DNA from: Eledone cirrhosa
Lineage: Eukaryota
DNA: 64,000 bases
NCBI GenBank assembly: GCA_964016885.1
Contig: OZ024752.1
Coordinates: forward strand, 42,284,001 to 42,348,000
Direction of reading: 5' to 3'
Part shown: piece after piece, positions 28,063-41,405 of the stretch
How the letters are laid out: each line of letters opens with the position of its first letter
Position numbering within the stretch: position 1 is the first letter of the stretch
Position numbers and translations under genes: made by a program
The notes under the pieces: model-generated
Told to the model about the DNA's origin: nothing
What the model saw: the letters and a program-made list of their open reading frames with translations, nothing else
Databases searched by the model: none

Positions 28063-31000
28063 GAGCGGTGGATTGGCAGTATCGGTAGAGGGTCGGACAC
28101 CAGGCTTTGCAGCATAGAGTTGCGGCTCTTTACTTTCTGAGTATAGGGCGGCGGTGGATTGGCAGTATCGGTAGTCGATAAAATAAAGTACCAGTAATGA
28201 ACTGGGTAATTGCTGGCCTTGTGCCTAAAGTAGAAACAATTATTTTACTAAGATAACGTTGAGCGGTGGATTGGCAGTATCGGTAGAGGGTCGGACGCCA
28301 GGCTTTGCAGCATAGTTACGTCCCTTTACGATCTGAGTTCAAATCCCGCCGAGGTTGACTTTGCCTTTCATCCTTACGGGGTCGATAAAATAAAGTACCA
28401 GTAATGAACTGGGTAATTGCTGGCCTTGTGCCTAAAGTAGAAACAATTATTTTACTAAGATAACGTTGAGCGGTGGATTGGCAGTATCGGTAGAGGGTCG
28501 GACGCCAGGCTTTGCAGCATAGAGTTGCGGCTCTTTACTTTCTGAGTATAGGGCGGCGGTGGATTGGCAGTATCGGTAGAGGGTCGGACGCCAGGCTTTG
28601 CAGCATAGAGTTACGGCTCTTTACTTTCTGAGTATAGGTCGGCGGTGGATTGGTAGTATCGGTAGAGGGTCGGACGCCAGGCTTTGCAGCATAGAGTTAC
28701 GGCTCTTTACTTTCTGAGTATAGGTCGGCGGTGGATTGGTAGTATCGGTAGAGGGTCGGACGCCAGGCTTTGCAGCATAGAGTTACGGCTCTTTACTTTC
28801 TGAGTATAGGGCGGCGGTGGATTGTCAGTATCGGTAGAGGGTCGGACGCCAGGCTTTGCAGCATAGAGTTACGGCTCTTTACTTTCTGAGTATAGGGCGG
28901 CGGTGGATTGGTAGTATCGGTAGAGGGTCGGACGCCAGGCTTTCCAGCATAGTTACGTCCCTTTACGATCTGAGTTCAAATCCCGCCGAGGTTGACTTTG
29001 CCTTTCATCCTTACGGGGTCGATAAAATAAAGTACCAGTAATGAACTGGGTAATTGCTGGCCTTGTGCCTAAAGTAGAAACAATTATTTTACTAAGATAA
29101 CGTTGAGCGGTGGATTGGCAGTATCGGTAGAGGGTCGGACACCAGGCTTTGCAGCATAGAGTTACGGCTCTTTACTTTCTGAGTATAGGTCGGCGGTGGA
29201 TTGGTAGTATCGGTAGAGGGTCGGACGCCAGGCTTTGCAGCATAGAGTTACGGCTCTTTACTTTCTGAGTATAGGTCGGCGGTGGATTGGTAGTATCGGT
29301 AGAGGGTCGGACGCCAGGCTTTGCAGCATAGAGTTACGGCTCTTTACTTTCTGAGTATAGGTCGGCGGTGGATTGGCAGTATCGGTAGAGGGTCGGACGC
29401 CAGGCTTTGCAGCATAGAGTTACGGCTCTTTACTTTCTGATTATAGGGCGGCGGTGGATTGGCAGTATCGGTAGAGGGTCGGACGCCAGGCTTTGCAGCA
29501 TAGAGTTACGGCTCTTTACTTTCTGAGTATAGGTCGGCGGTGGATTGGCAGTATCGGTAGAGGGTCGGACGCCAGGCTTTGCAGCATAGAGTTACGGCTC
29601 TTTACTTTCTGAGTATAGGGCGGCGGTGGATTGGCAGTATCGGTAGAGGGTCGGACGCCAGGCTTTGCAGCATAGAGTTACGGCTCTTTACTTTCTGAGT
29701 ATAGGTCGGCGGTGGATTGGCAGTATCGGTAGAGGGTCGGACGCCAGGCTTTGCAGCATAGAGTTACGGCTCTTTACTTTCTGAGTATAGGTCGGCGGTG
29801 GATTGGCAGTATCGGTAGAGGGTCGGACGCCAGGCTTTGCAGCATAGAGTTACGGCTCTTTACTTTCTGAGTATAGGGCGGCGGTGGATTGGTAGTATCG
29901 GTAGAGGGTCGGACGCCAGGCTTTGCAGCATAGAGTTACGGCTCTTTAATTTCTGAGTATAGGTCGGCGGTGGATTGGTAGTATCGGTAGAGGGTCGAAC
30001 ACCAGGCTTTGCAGCATAGAGTTACGGCTCTTTACTTTCTGAGTATAGGGCGGCGGTGGATTGGTAGTATCGGTAGAGGGTCGGACGCCAGGCTTTGCAG
30101 CATAGAGTTACGGCTCTTTACTTTCTGAGTATAGGGCGGCGGTGGATTGGTAGTATCGGTAGAGGGTCGGACGCCAGGCTTTGCAGCATAGAGTTACGGC
30201 TCTTTACTTTCTGAGTATAGGGCGGCGGTGGATTGGCAGTATCGGTAGAGGGTCGGACACCAGGCTTTGCAGCATAGAGTTACGGCTCTTTACTTTCTGA
30301 GTATAGGGCGGCGGTGGATTGGTAGTATCGGTAGAGGGTCGGACGCCAGGCTTTGCAGCATAGAGTTACGGCTCTTTACTTTCTGAGTATAGGTCGGCGG
30401 TGGATTGGCAGTATCGGTAGAGGGTCGGACGCCATGCTTTCCAGCATAGTTACGTCCCTTTACGATCTGAGTTCAAATCCCGCCGACGTTGACTTTGCCT
30501 TTCATCCTTACGGGGTCGATAAAATAAAGTACCAGTAATGAACTGGGTAATTGCTGGCCTTGTGCCTAAAGTAGAAACAATTATTTTACTAAGATAACGT
30601 TGAGCGGTGGATTGGCAGTATCGGTAGAGGGTCGGACACCAGGCTTTGCAGCATAGAGTTACGGCTCTTTACTTTCTGAGTATAGGTCGGCGGTGGATTG
30701 GTAGTATCGGTAGAGGGTCGGACGCCATGCTTTGCAGCATAGAGTTGCAGCCCTTTACTTTCTGAGTATAGGGCGGTGGATTGGCAGTATCGGTAGAGAG
30801 TCGGACGCCAGGCTTTCCAGCATAGAGTTACGGCTCTTTACTTTCTGAGTATAGGTCGGCGGTGGATTGGTAGTATCGGTAGAGGGTCGGACGCCATGCT
30901 TTGCAGCGTAGAGTTGCAGCCCTTTACTTTCTGAGTATAGGGCGGTGGATTGGCAGTATCGGTAGAGAGTCGGACGCCAGGCTTTGCAGCATAGACTTAC

Positions 31001-31500
31001 GTCCCTTTACAGTTTGAGTTCAAATCCCGCTGAGGTTAACTTTGCCTTTCATCCTTTCGGGGGTCGATAAAATAAAGTATCAGTAATACACTGGGAACTA
31101 TTTAAACGACTTTCCCCTCCCAAAAATTGCTTGTCTTGTGCCTAAATGAGAAATCATTTTTTTGCAGCATGGAGTTACGGTCCTTTACGGTCTGAGTTCA
31201 AATCCCGCTGAGGTTAACTTTGCCTTTCATGCTTACGGGGTCGATAAAACAAAGCACCCTCCCCACAAATTACTGGCCTTGTGCCTAGACTAGAAATTAT
31301 TTTACTAAGATAAGATTGGCAGTATCGGTAGAGGATCGGATGCCATGCTTTGAAGCATAGAGTTACCTCCCTGTATGATCTGAGTTCAAATCCCGCCGAG
31401 GTTAACTTTGCCTTTCATCCTTCCGGGGTCGATAGAATAAAGTACCAGTAATACATTGGGATAATTGCTGGTCTTGTCTCAAAAGTGGAAACAATTATTA
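28063..31500 (+). mobile_element. Tandem array of family-1 SINE: 86-bp head multimers interspersed with full-length copies
   Basis: 86-bp unit GGCGGTGGATTGGCAGTATCGGTAGAGGGTCGGACGCC...TTTCTGAGTATAGG; full copies with B-box and tail end near 28460, 29100, 30600 and 31100. Confidence 0.9.
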
Positions 31501-31512
31501 TTTTGTAGATTG

Positions 31513-32623
31513 GCAAGCACGTTAATACTCTATGTGGTCACTGGATCTGCTGGCAATAACAGCGAAATCTCCCTCAAACCAGACTGCCGTCTTAAATAAG
31601 GAAAGGAGATATTTGATTTCATAATACAATCTTACTTTAATCCATGAAAGACACTTGTCCAGGCATGCACTTTTGAAACGAACATTCTAGGTATAAATCC
31701 TTGATCTAACAAGACTTATCGAGGCCCTAAAAGCGGTGCGGTATGAGGAAAATTTGGTTGTTATTTCTAACAGGACAAATAACCACTAAGAGGTTCTCTC
31801 GTTCACACATACAGCATTTTGCTTAGAATCCTGCACGTGATTGACCCATCCGATGGACCGTCATTAAAAAATAACCAACAATTATTTTACAGTGGGCTCG
31901 CATCTTACGCCGTCAATTGCTGCTCCATCTATCCCTACACACTCTTAAGCCTTATTTAAAACCTAATTTCTAGATTGTTATATTAAAATTGTCTATGTAC
32001 GTCGATATTTTAGGGGAGGGTATGACGACAGGTTCTCAAGGAAAAAAAAAATGACGGTGGTAGGCAGGGATGTGGGGGAGAGGTGAGGGTAATTTTTGTG
32101 ATGCGATTTCGTGCCGAAAAGGACATTAAGAGCTCTACACCTTTTTTTATTTGAAAAAAAAAAAACCCAAAGAAAATTTCCGACCGCGTATGATAAAAAC
32201 AGCTCTAATTTAAACCGCGTAAGAATCGAACCCACATATAAAATTTATTTTGTTTTGTTGGTTATTTTTTAATGACGGTCCATCGGATGGGTCAATCACG
32301 TGCAGGATTCTAAGCAAAATGCTGTATGTGTGAACGAGAGAACCTCATAGTGGTTATTTGTCCTGTTAGAAATAACAACCAAATTTTCCTCATACCGCAC
32401 CGCTTTTAGGGCCTCGATAAGTCTTGTTAGATCAAGGATTTATACCTAGAATGTTCGTTTCAAAAGTGCATGCCTGGACAAGTGTCTTTCATGGATTAAA
32501 GTAAGATTGTATTATGAAATCAAATATCTCCTTTCCTTATTTAAGACGGCAGTCTGGTTTGAGGGAGATTTCGCTGTTATTGCCAGCAGATCCAGTGACC
32601 ACATAGAGGATTAACGTGCTTGC
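31513..32623. repeat. Long inverted repeat, ~370-bp arms around a ~370-bp spacer
   Basis: 31513-31881 is the reverse complement of 32255-32623; only 2 mismatches seen by eye. Confidence 0.92.
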
Positions 32624-33264
32624 AATATTGTTCTTCAAGAACCACTGATATGTAGAGAGTGATGTAGCGTTTCTTTTGTTATTTTATTCCGGAAGTTGTG
32701 GATGGGATGTGTGTATGTATTTTACGTAAGACATTCTCTTGGTGTGGATGTGTGAGAGAAAGAGAGAGAGGGAGACTGAAAGTGAAACAGAGTTTGTGTG
32801 TGCGGCGAATGTGTGAGTGTGTTTGTATGTTTGTATATGTGTGTGAGCGTGCGTACGTGTGTGTGTGTGTGTGTGTGTGTATCTTTGGGCGAAAAAAAGA
32901 AAAAGAAAATGAAGACAGATAATGAAGGTACTTTCAAACGAAAAGTCCCTTATCTGTGAGATATGTATTGCGTCGAGTTGCATCAACAATTAATCCTTTG
33001 TCACTTCTGCTATGCAGTGAAATGCAGTGACCCACTGGTTGGACTGTTGGAAACATGTTACCAACGACGCTATTGTTTACAAAATACCATTAAAAAAAAA
33101 AACTAAAATAGATATATAGAATAAAATTATAGAATAAATAAGTGAATGTAACGCCATATTGGAAATACAACTTTCAATTGAAAATATTTAAGGAAAGGTC
33201 ATTTGGAAGACGTGGTATCCTAAATTTCGGTCAAAGCATGATAAACTGCACGTAGTTTGTAAGC

Positions 33265-33930
33265 GGGTGGCTTCGTCATTACAGTTATTTGGCTCACGAT
33301 CGTAAAATCACAAGTTCGATTCCCGGTGGTGCGTTGTGTCCTTGAGCAGGAGATTTTATTTCACTTTGCTCCAGTTGACTTAGTTGTGGAGGAGGGGGTA
33401 ATTAGTTGCATCTGTGATTTAAAGGGTCAGCCTAGTCACACAATTTGTCAGGTGTGATCGTAAAATCACAAGTTCGCTTCCCGGTGGTGTGTTGTGTCCT
33501 TGAGCAGGACATTTTATTTCACTTTGCTCCAGTTGACTTAGTTGTGGAGGAGGGGGTAATTAGTTGCATCTGTGATTTAAAGGGTCAGCCTAGTCACACA
33601 ATTTGTCAGGTGTGATCGTAAAATCACAAGTTCGCTTCCCGGTGGTGTGTTGTGTCCTTGAGCAGGAGATTTTATTTCACTTTGCTCCAGTTGACTTAGT
33701 TGTGGAGGAGGGGGTAATTAGTTGCATCTGTGATTTAAAGGGTCAGCCTAGTCACACAATTTGTCAGGTGTGATCGTAAAATCACAAGTTCGCTTCCCGG
33801 TGGTGCGTTGTGTCCTTGAGCAAGACATTTTATTTCACTTTGCTCCAGTTGACTTAGTTGTGGAGTGAGGTGGGCGTGGGGGTAATTAGTTGTACTTGTG
33901 ATTTAAAGGGCCAGTCTTGTCACACAATGA
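33265..33930 (+). mobile_element. SINE family 2-like element with 158-bp internal unit repeated 4x
   Basis: B-box AGTTCGATTCC and TGTGTCCTTGAGCAAG..TTTATTTCAC..TGCTCCAGT core; unit starts at 33298, 33456, 33614 and 33772. Confidence 0.8.
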
Positions 33931-34188
33931 ATGTATCAGACGCAATCTCCCTGAGAACTACAAGACATTCGATGGACTGCTGAACATTTCTGTTTAACCA
34001 AGTTCACTTACAAAGTCGATACGAGCTTTATGGTGAATGAGGCTTGCCCGAGATGCCACCATATATGATCAAACTCGAGTCCTAATGATTGCGAAGCCAA
34101 TTTCTTTAACCATTGAGCCGTGTTGCTTCAACTATATCTAATGAATGAACATAGATACTGTCATATCGAAGTAAACATACACACGCAC

Positions 34189-34670
34189 ACGTACACCAGG
34201 TTCGGACACAGAGGAGCCAAACTCCCACTGCCATCACCTCTGTCGCTCTCTCCCTCCCGCCATCTCTCACGTACACCAGGTTCGGACACAGAGGAGCCAA
34301 ACTCCCACTGCCATCGCCTCCATCACACTCGCCCTCCCGCCATCTCTCACGTACACCAGGTTCGGACACAGAGGAGCCAAACTCCCACTGCCATCACCTC
34401 TGTCGCTCTCTCCCTCCCGCCATCTCTCACGTACACCAGGTTCGGACACAGAGGAGCCAAACTCCCACTGCCATCGCCTCTGTCGCTCTCTCCCTCCCGC
34501 CATCTCTCACGTACACCAGGTTCGGACACAGAGGAGCCAAACTCCCACTGCCATCGCCTCTGTCGCTCTCTCTCCCTCCCGCCATCTCTCACGTACACCA
34601 GGTTCGGACACAGAACAGCCGAACTCCCACTGTCATCGCCTCCATCACACTCGCCCTCCCCATCTCTCAC
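34189..34670. repeat. 80-bp minisatellite, 6 copies, within a dispersed repeat
   Basis: GTACACCAGGTTCGGACACAGAGGAGCCAAACTCCCACTG... every 80 bp; related to 60770-60930 and 63140-64000. Confidence 0.9.
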
Positions 34671-34806
34671 TATTATGAGTAAATGGGGTTCCACGTGCTG
34701 GTCACCCCACGGCCCCGGCGGACAGAATAGGGAAGGCGTTTTCCCCGGAGGATGGGGAGGGAGATGCGCTGGTAAAGCCATTCCATCTCGCGAGGCCCAC
34801 ACCTGC

Positions 34807-36760
34807 GGCTAGCCAGCTCGGCGCCTATGGTGGTAAGTAGGGAGGTAGCCCTAGGGCCAAGGACACCAGAAATATCCACTCCTACGGTTAGCCAGCTCAG
34901 CACCTATGGTGGTAAGTAGGGAGGTAGCCCTAGGGCCAAGGACACCAGAAGTATCCACTCCTATGGCTAGCCAGCTCAGCACCTATGGTGGTAAGTAGAG
35001 AGGTAGCCCTAGGGCCAAGGACACCAGAAGTCTTCACTGCTACGGCTAGCCAGCTCAGCACCTATGGTGGTAAGTAGAGAGGTAGCCCTAGGGCCAAGGA
35101 CACCAGAAGTCTCCACTGCTACAGCTAGCCAGCTCAGCACCTATGGTGGTAAGTAGAGAGGTAGCCCTAGGGCCAAGGACACCAGAAGTCTTCACTGCTA
35201 CAGCTAGCCAGCTCAGCACCTATGGTGGTAAGTAGAGAGGTAGTCCTAGGGACAAGGACACCAGAAGTCTCCACTGCTACAGCTAGCCAGCTCAGCACCT
35301 ATGGTGGTAAGTAGAGAGGTAGCCCTAGGGCCAAGGACACCAGAAGTCTCCACTGCTACAGCTAGCCAGCTCAGCACCTATGGTGGTAAGTAGAGAGGTA
35401 GCCCTAGGGCCAAGGACACCAGAAGTCTCCACTGCTACAGCTAGCCAGCTCAGCACCTATGGTGGTAAGTAGAGAGGTAGCCCTAGGGCCAAGGACACCA
35501 GAAGTCTCCACTGCTACAGCTAGCCAGCTCAGCACCTATGGTGGTAAGTAGGGAGGTAGTCCTAGGGACAAGGACACCAGAAGTCTCCACTCCTACGGCT
35601 AGCCAGCTCAGCACCTATGGTGGTAAGTAGAGAGGTAGCCCTAGGGACAATGACACCAGAAGTCTTCACTGCTACGGCTAGCCAGCTCAGCACCTATGGT
35701 GGTAAGTAGAGAGGTAGCCCTAGGGCCAAGGACACCAGAAGTCTTCACTGCTACGGCTAGCCAGCTCAGCATCTATGGTGGTAAGTAGAGAGGTAGCCCT
35801 AGGGCCAAGGACACCAGAAGTCTCCACTCCTACGGCTAGCCAGCTCAGCACCTATGGTGGTAAGTAGGGAGGTAGCCCTAGGGCCAAGGACACCAGAAGT
35901 CTTCACTGCTACGGCTAGCCAGCTCAGCACCTATGGTGGTAAGTAGGGAGGTAGCCCTAGGGCCAAGGACACCAGAAGTCTTCACTGCTACGGCTAGCCA
36001 GCTCAGCACCTATGGTGGTAAGTAGAGAGGTAGCCCTAGGGCCAAGGACACCAGAAGTCTCCACTCCTACGGCTAGCCAGCTCAGCACCTATGGTGGTAA
36101 GTAGGGAGGTAGCCCTAGGGACAAGGACACCAGAAGTCTTCACTCCTACGGCTAGCCAGCTCAGCACCTATGGTGGTAAATAGAGAGGTAGCCCTAGGGC
36201 CAAGGACACCAGAAGTCTCCACTCCTACGGCTAGCCAGCTCAGCACCTATGGTGGTAAATAGAGAGGTAGCCCTAGGGTCAAGGACACCAGAAGTCTTCA
36301 CTGCTACGGCTAGCCGGCTCAGCACTTATGGTGGTAAATAGAGAGGTAGCCCTAGGGCCAAGGACACCAGAAGTCTCCACTCCTACGGCTAGCCAGCTCA
36401 GCACCTATGGTGGTAAGTAGGGAGGTAGCCCTAGGGTCAAGGACACCAGAAGTCTCCACTGCTACAGCTAGCCAGCTCAGCACCTATGGTGGTAAGTAGG
36501 GAGGTAGCCCTAGGGCCAAGGACACCAGAAGTCTCCACTCCTACGGCTAGCCAGCTCAGCATCTATGGTGGTAAGTATGGAGGTAGCCCTAGGGCCAAGG
36601 ACACCAGAAGTATCCACTCCTACGGCTAGCCAGCTCAGCATCTATGGTGGTAAGTAGGGAGGTAGCCCTAGGGCCAAGGACACCAGAAGTCTTCACTGCT
36701 ACGGCTAGCCAGCTCAGCACCTATGGTGGTAAGTATGGAGGTAGCCCTAGGGCCAAGGAC
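34807..36760. repeat. 79-bp minisatellite, about 25 copies
   Basis: Unit GGCTAGCCAGCTCAGCACCTATGGTGGTAAGTAGAGAGGTAGCCCTAGGGCCAAGGACACCAGAAGTCTCCACTGCTAC. Confidence 0.95.
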
Positions 36761-36966
36761 TCCCGAATTGTCTACTTGAAATCAATGTTTTTTAGTCTTT
36801 TATCCACTTTTCCTATTAATTTTCTTTCAGAGATATCTTTCTGAACGTTGTATTACTTTCAACCTTTTCTTTGAAAAGTGTGTTATTTTCTTCCGAAAAA
36901 GCACGTGTGGACACGTAGGTGTGTATACGTGACTATGGGTTTAAGTATATAAGTATATATATAAAA

Positions 36967-37024
<58 letters not shown>

Positions 37025-37025
<1 letters not shown>

Positions 37026-37231
37026 ACGAAGGAAATGTGGTAAGGAACCAGGTGGACCATAACGCACCAAAGTACTCAATACTTAGGGTAGTAGAGTGGG
37101 TAATAGGAACCAGTAAGACCCCGACGGCTGAGCTCAAGCCGTTTCGACGGGTAATTTTTTTTTTTTTTTTTTTTTAGTCCAGAATTAGCCGTCGAAACGG
37201 CTTGAGCTCAGCCGTCGGGGTCTTACTGGTT

Positions 37232-37235
<4 letters not shown>
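37025..37235. mobile_element. (TA)n-flanked fold-back element family B
   Basis: AGGAACCAGTAAGACCCCGACGGCTGAGCTCAAGCCGTTTCGACG is inverted around a T-run; relatives at 9030-9100, 38036-38233, 38828, 39178 and 55368-55495. Confidence 0.75.
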
Positions 37236-37267
<32 letters not shown>

Positions 37268-37297
37268 CATATGTGTATTTATATGTATGTATGTTTG

Positions 37298-37330
<33 letters not shown>

Positions 37331-37364
37331 ATGTATATATCTACCCTCATATATATATAAATAA

Positions 37365-37399
<35 letters not shown>

Positions 37400-37558
37400 C
37401 ACACACACACACACACATATATATGTATATATATACATATACATATACATACATACATACATATATATACATACATACACACACAAACACACACACATAT
37501 ATATATATATATACACACATACATACACACACAAACACACATATATATATATATATAC

Positions 37559-37680
<122 letters not shown>

Positions 37681-38035
37681 TTATAGATTCATTCTATTAG
37701 TTTCACTGGTGTTATTTATTTGGTCGGTGCCAGTGGAATTCTTCAGATCAGTGGAAACGATAAGAAGGCGGTGAATTGGTGAAGTTTTAGTTTTAGTTAA
37801 GAGTAGATATAAATCTTTCTAGCTCTAATACTTGCGAGTAAAGATTGTTGGCGACTCTGACGTCAACTTACTCCAGGCCAGAATACAAAAAACTTACTCT
37901 ACTGCTCATCTTACGCATATGGTGGACGCCTCACTTAATTATTAGGAGTGTTTGACTTACGATCATGAAGACGTCGGTTCGATTCCTCGACTAGACAGAC
38001 AACGCTCAGCATACAAATAACCACACACAAATATA

Positions 38036-38231
38036 TATAGGAACCAGTAAGACCCCGACAGCTGAGCTCAAGCCGTTTCGACGGCTAATTCTGGAGTCCA
38101 GAATTAGCCGTCGAAACGGCTTGAGCTCAGCTGTCGGGGTCTTACTGGTTCCTATTACCCACTCTACTACCTCAAGTATTGAGTACTTTGGTGCGTTATG
38201 GTCCACCTGGTTCCTTACCACATTTCCTTCG

Positions 38232-38233
<2 letters not shown>
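38036..38233. mobile_element. (TA)n-flanked fold-back element family B, ~120-bp palindrome
   Basis: TAGGAACC...GACGGCTAATTCTGG-AGT-CCAGAATTAGCCGTC...GGTTCCTA hairpin. Confidence 0.8.
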
Positions 38234-38282
<49 letters not shown>

Positions 38283-38374
38283 TAGAGGTATGTCTTTTAG
38301 AGAAGAAGATATCTTAAAGAATTCCATTTTTTTTCAGTTATAATATAAAGCGCTCAACAGTGTTGGAGCAAAAT

Positions 38375-38685
38375 ATATGCAAAAGTTTTATTTAAAATTG
38401 TTGGGTTACAACGAGTAAATATTTTATAACTGATATAAAGCACTCAACAAGTTTTGGAGTAGATATACGATATTAAACAAATGGAAACTATATTTATAAA
38501 ACCATATTTATTTCATTAATATGGTATCCCTGAAATATGTATAATGAAATAAGTATGGTTTTATAAATATAGTTTCCATTTGTTTAATATCGTATATCTA
38601 CTCCAAAACTTGTTGAGTGCTTTATATCAGTTATAAAATATTTACTCGTTGTAACCCAACAATTTTAAATAAAACTTTTGCATAT
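38375..38685. mobile_element. Family A fold-back (inverted 3' end + direct copy starting in hammerhead stem II)
   Basis: 38375-38518 is the reverse complement of 38543-38686; the direct copy begins AATATGGTATCCCT-GAAA-TATGTATA. Confidence 0.8.
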
Positions 38686-39123
38686 ATATATATATATATA
38701 TATATAGTATTAAGGATACTATTTATGGTTATGTATATAATAAAACCTTTTATGGTTATATATTTTTTATATATAAACCCCAAATAGAACTTTGATTATT
38801 GTAATCTATATATATATAGGGAAATGTTTGACCCCGACGGCAGAGCTCAAGCCGTTTCCAGAAATATATATATATATATATACAGTATTTTCCGTAGTGT
38901 TGTAATATAAATATTACACACAGTAGATGGACAGCTCACGTAGAGTTTGCTCGACGGTTCCAGTAAAATTATTCCGATGAAATGACAGTTGATAATAACA
39001 TTGAAATATTGAATGTCTGCATAACTAATACTTTGTAGATAGCAGCTGTTTTCAGGTTATGTAACTGTTATAGAAACACGTGTCAATAAATTCCTTTTAA
39101 CTAAACTGTATCCATTAAAATTC

Positions 39124-39170
<47 letters not shown>

Positions 39171-39305
39171 AAAATGTTTGACCCCGACGGCAGAGCTCAA
39201 GCCGTTTCCAGAAATATATATATATATATATAATAGCACTTGTTTATAGGAAAGTGCTAAGTCTACTTATAAACAAGTGCTATTATGCCTCATATCATTG
39301 TACCT

Positions 39306-39370
39306 TATTTTATCTGAAGAGAACACAATATCTTTGATGATTTTATATTCGAAATACGTATAATAAAATA
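39306..39370 (+). ncRNA. Minimal type-I hammerhead ribozyme motif (family C-like)
   Basis: TATTTTAT-CTGAAGA-GAACACAA..TTATATTC-GAAA-TACGTA-TA^ATAAAATA; perfect 8-bp stem I, palindromic stem III ATACGTAT. Confidence 0.8.
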
Positions 39371-39405
39371 TATGGAACTCTTATAACCATCTTTTATTTC
39401 ATCTT

Positions 39406-39457
<52 letters not shown>

Positions 39458-39496
39458 GATATTAACAAATGGAAACTATATTTATAAAACCATATT

Positions 39497-39561
39497 TATT
39501 TCATTATACCTATTTCAAGGACACCAAGTTAAATTATGGTGTGCTTTCATCAGACAAAATA
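39497..39561 (-). ncRNA. Hammerhead ribozyme motif (family A, slightly decayed)
   Basis: TATTTTGT-CTGATGA-AAGCACACCA..TGGTGTCCTT-GAAA-TAGGTA-TA^ATGAAATA. Confidence 0.7.
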
Positions 39562-39639
39562 TAATATAGATCAGTTTTATAAATAAATATTGACATACCC
39601 TTAAAAAATGCAACCATTACTGTAGGAAGCTCTCGGATA

Positions 39640-39697
<58 letters not shown>

Positions 39698-40204
39698 AAT
39701 AACAAACAGCGGAGGACGCGTTTCGCACCTGTCCGACAGACAACCTTTCCCCCACCCCGGAAAAAACCCCCAGTTGATGGATGTGAATCTGAAATATATA
39801 GGGACTATTAAATCTCTCCCAAGGTAACTCTCTCTCGTGTTGTTATTTTTATTTTATCCTTTACGCTCTTTCCTTCATTCCTCTACACGTCTTATACACA
39901 CCACGCATCTCAACGTACACCCGCTTACATCTCTCTCTCCACCACCGGATCTTGTTACCCGGAGATTTACTCATTTGCATTGTCGAGGCTTCCAAACGAC
40001 TTAAAGATATTTACATATATATATATATATATATGCTTGTGTGTCTGTGTCCTTATATGTATGTTTGCATGAATGAATACACTAAGCTTTAGATTTAGTA
40101 GAATGTACAACCACTGATTCCAGTTATTTGCACCATCGTATATTTTGGTTTTTAGTAATTCCCTGAGGAATTGGTTGACTTAATTGTTTTATTTAATTTA
40201 TTTC

Positions 40205-41225
40205 TTATTTAGGCACAAGGCCACCAATTTTGGGGGAGAGGAAAGTCGATTAAATCTACCCCAGCGCATTACTGGTACTTTATTTTATCGACCCATGTAA
40301 AGATGAAAGGCAAAGTTAACCTCGGCGTGATTTGAACTTAGATCATAAAGGGCCGCAACTCTATGCCGCAAAGCATGGCGTCCGGCTCTCTACCGATACT
40401 GCCAATCCACCGCCCTATACTCAGAAAGTAAAGGGCCGCACCTCTATGCTGCAAAGCATGGCGTCCGACTCTCTACCGATACTGCCAATCCACCGCCCTA
40501 TACTCAGAAAGTAAAGGGCCGCAACTCTATGCCGCAAAGCATGACGTCCGACCCTCTACCGATACTGCCAATGCACCACCCTTAAAATAATTGTTTCTAC
40601 TTTTTGGCACAAGGCCAGCAATTACCCAGTACATTACTGGTACTTTATTTTACCGACTCCGTAAGGATGAAAGGCAAAGTCAACCTCGGCGGGATTTGAA
40701 CTCAGATCATAAAGGGACGTAACTATATGCTTCAAAACATGGCGTCCGACCCTCTACCGATAAATAATGGTTTCTTATATAGGCACAAGGCCAGTAATTT
40801 GGGGGGAGGAGAAAGTCGATTAAATCGACCCAGTGCGTGACTGGTACTTTATTTTATCGACCCCGTAAGGATGAAAGGCAAAGTTAACCTCGGCGGGATT
40901 TGAACTCAGATCATAAAGGGCCGTAACTCTATGCCGCAAAGCATGGCGTCCGGCTCTCTACCGATACTGCCAATCCACCGCCCTATACTCAGAAAGTAAA
41001 GGGCCGCAACTCTATGCTGCAAAGCATGGCGTCCGACTCTCTACCGATACTGCCAATCCACCGCCGCTCTATACTCAGAAAGTAAAAGGCCGCAACTCTA
41101 TGCCGCAAAGCATGACATCCGACTCTCTACCGATACTGCCAATCCACCGCCGCTCTATACTCAGAAAGTAAAGGGCCGCAACTCTATGCCGCAAAGCATG
41201 ACGTCCGACTCTCTACCGATACTGT
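40205..41225 (-). mobile_element. Cluster of family-1 SINEs including head multimers
   Basis: Full copies plus repeated heads joined by CCGCCCTATACTCAGAAAGTAAAG, the same junction as in the 28-31 kb array. Confidence 0.85.
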
Positions 41226-41405
41226 ATTAGAACAGATACATTTTTTTTCTTGGGTGGAAAAAGAGAGGGGAGCTGGATAGCTTGTAAACCAACCACCCCT
41301 CCCCACAAGGAGAAATTTATGTGGGACCCTTGTCTCATATTACCATAAGTAATATGATACGAGGAGGGCCCTACTGAAATTTCCCTGTTAGTGTTGCCCT
41401 GGAGC

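Noticed and set aside
34120-34812. 230-aa ORF
   Set aside because: Derived from the 80-bp minisatellite, with the frame rotating per unit.
37695-37755. Hammerhead-like CTGAAGA...GAAA on - strand
   Set aside because: Stem II is out of register and stems I and III do not pair convincingly.
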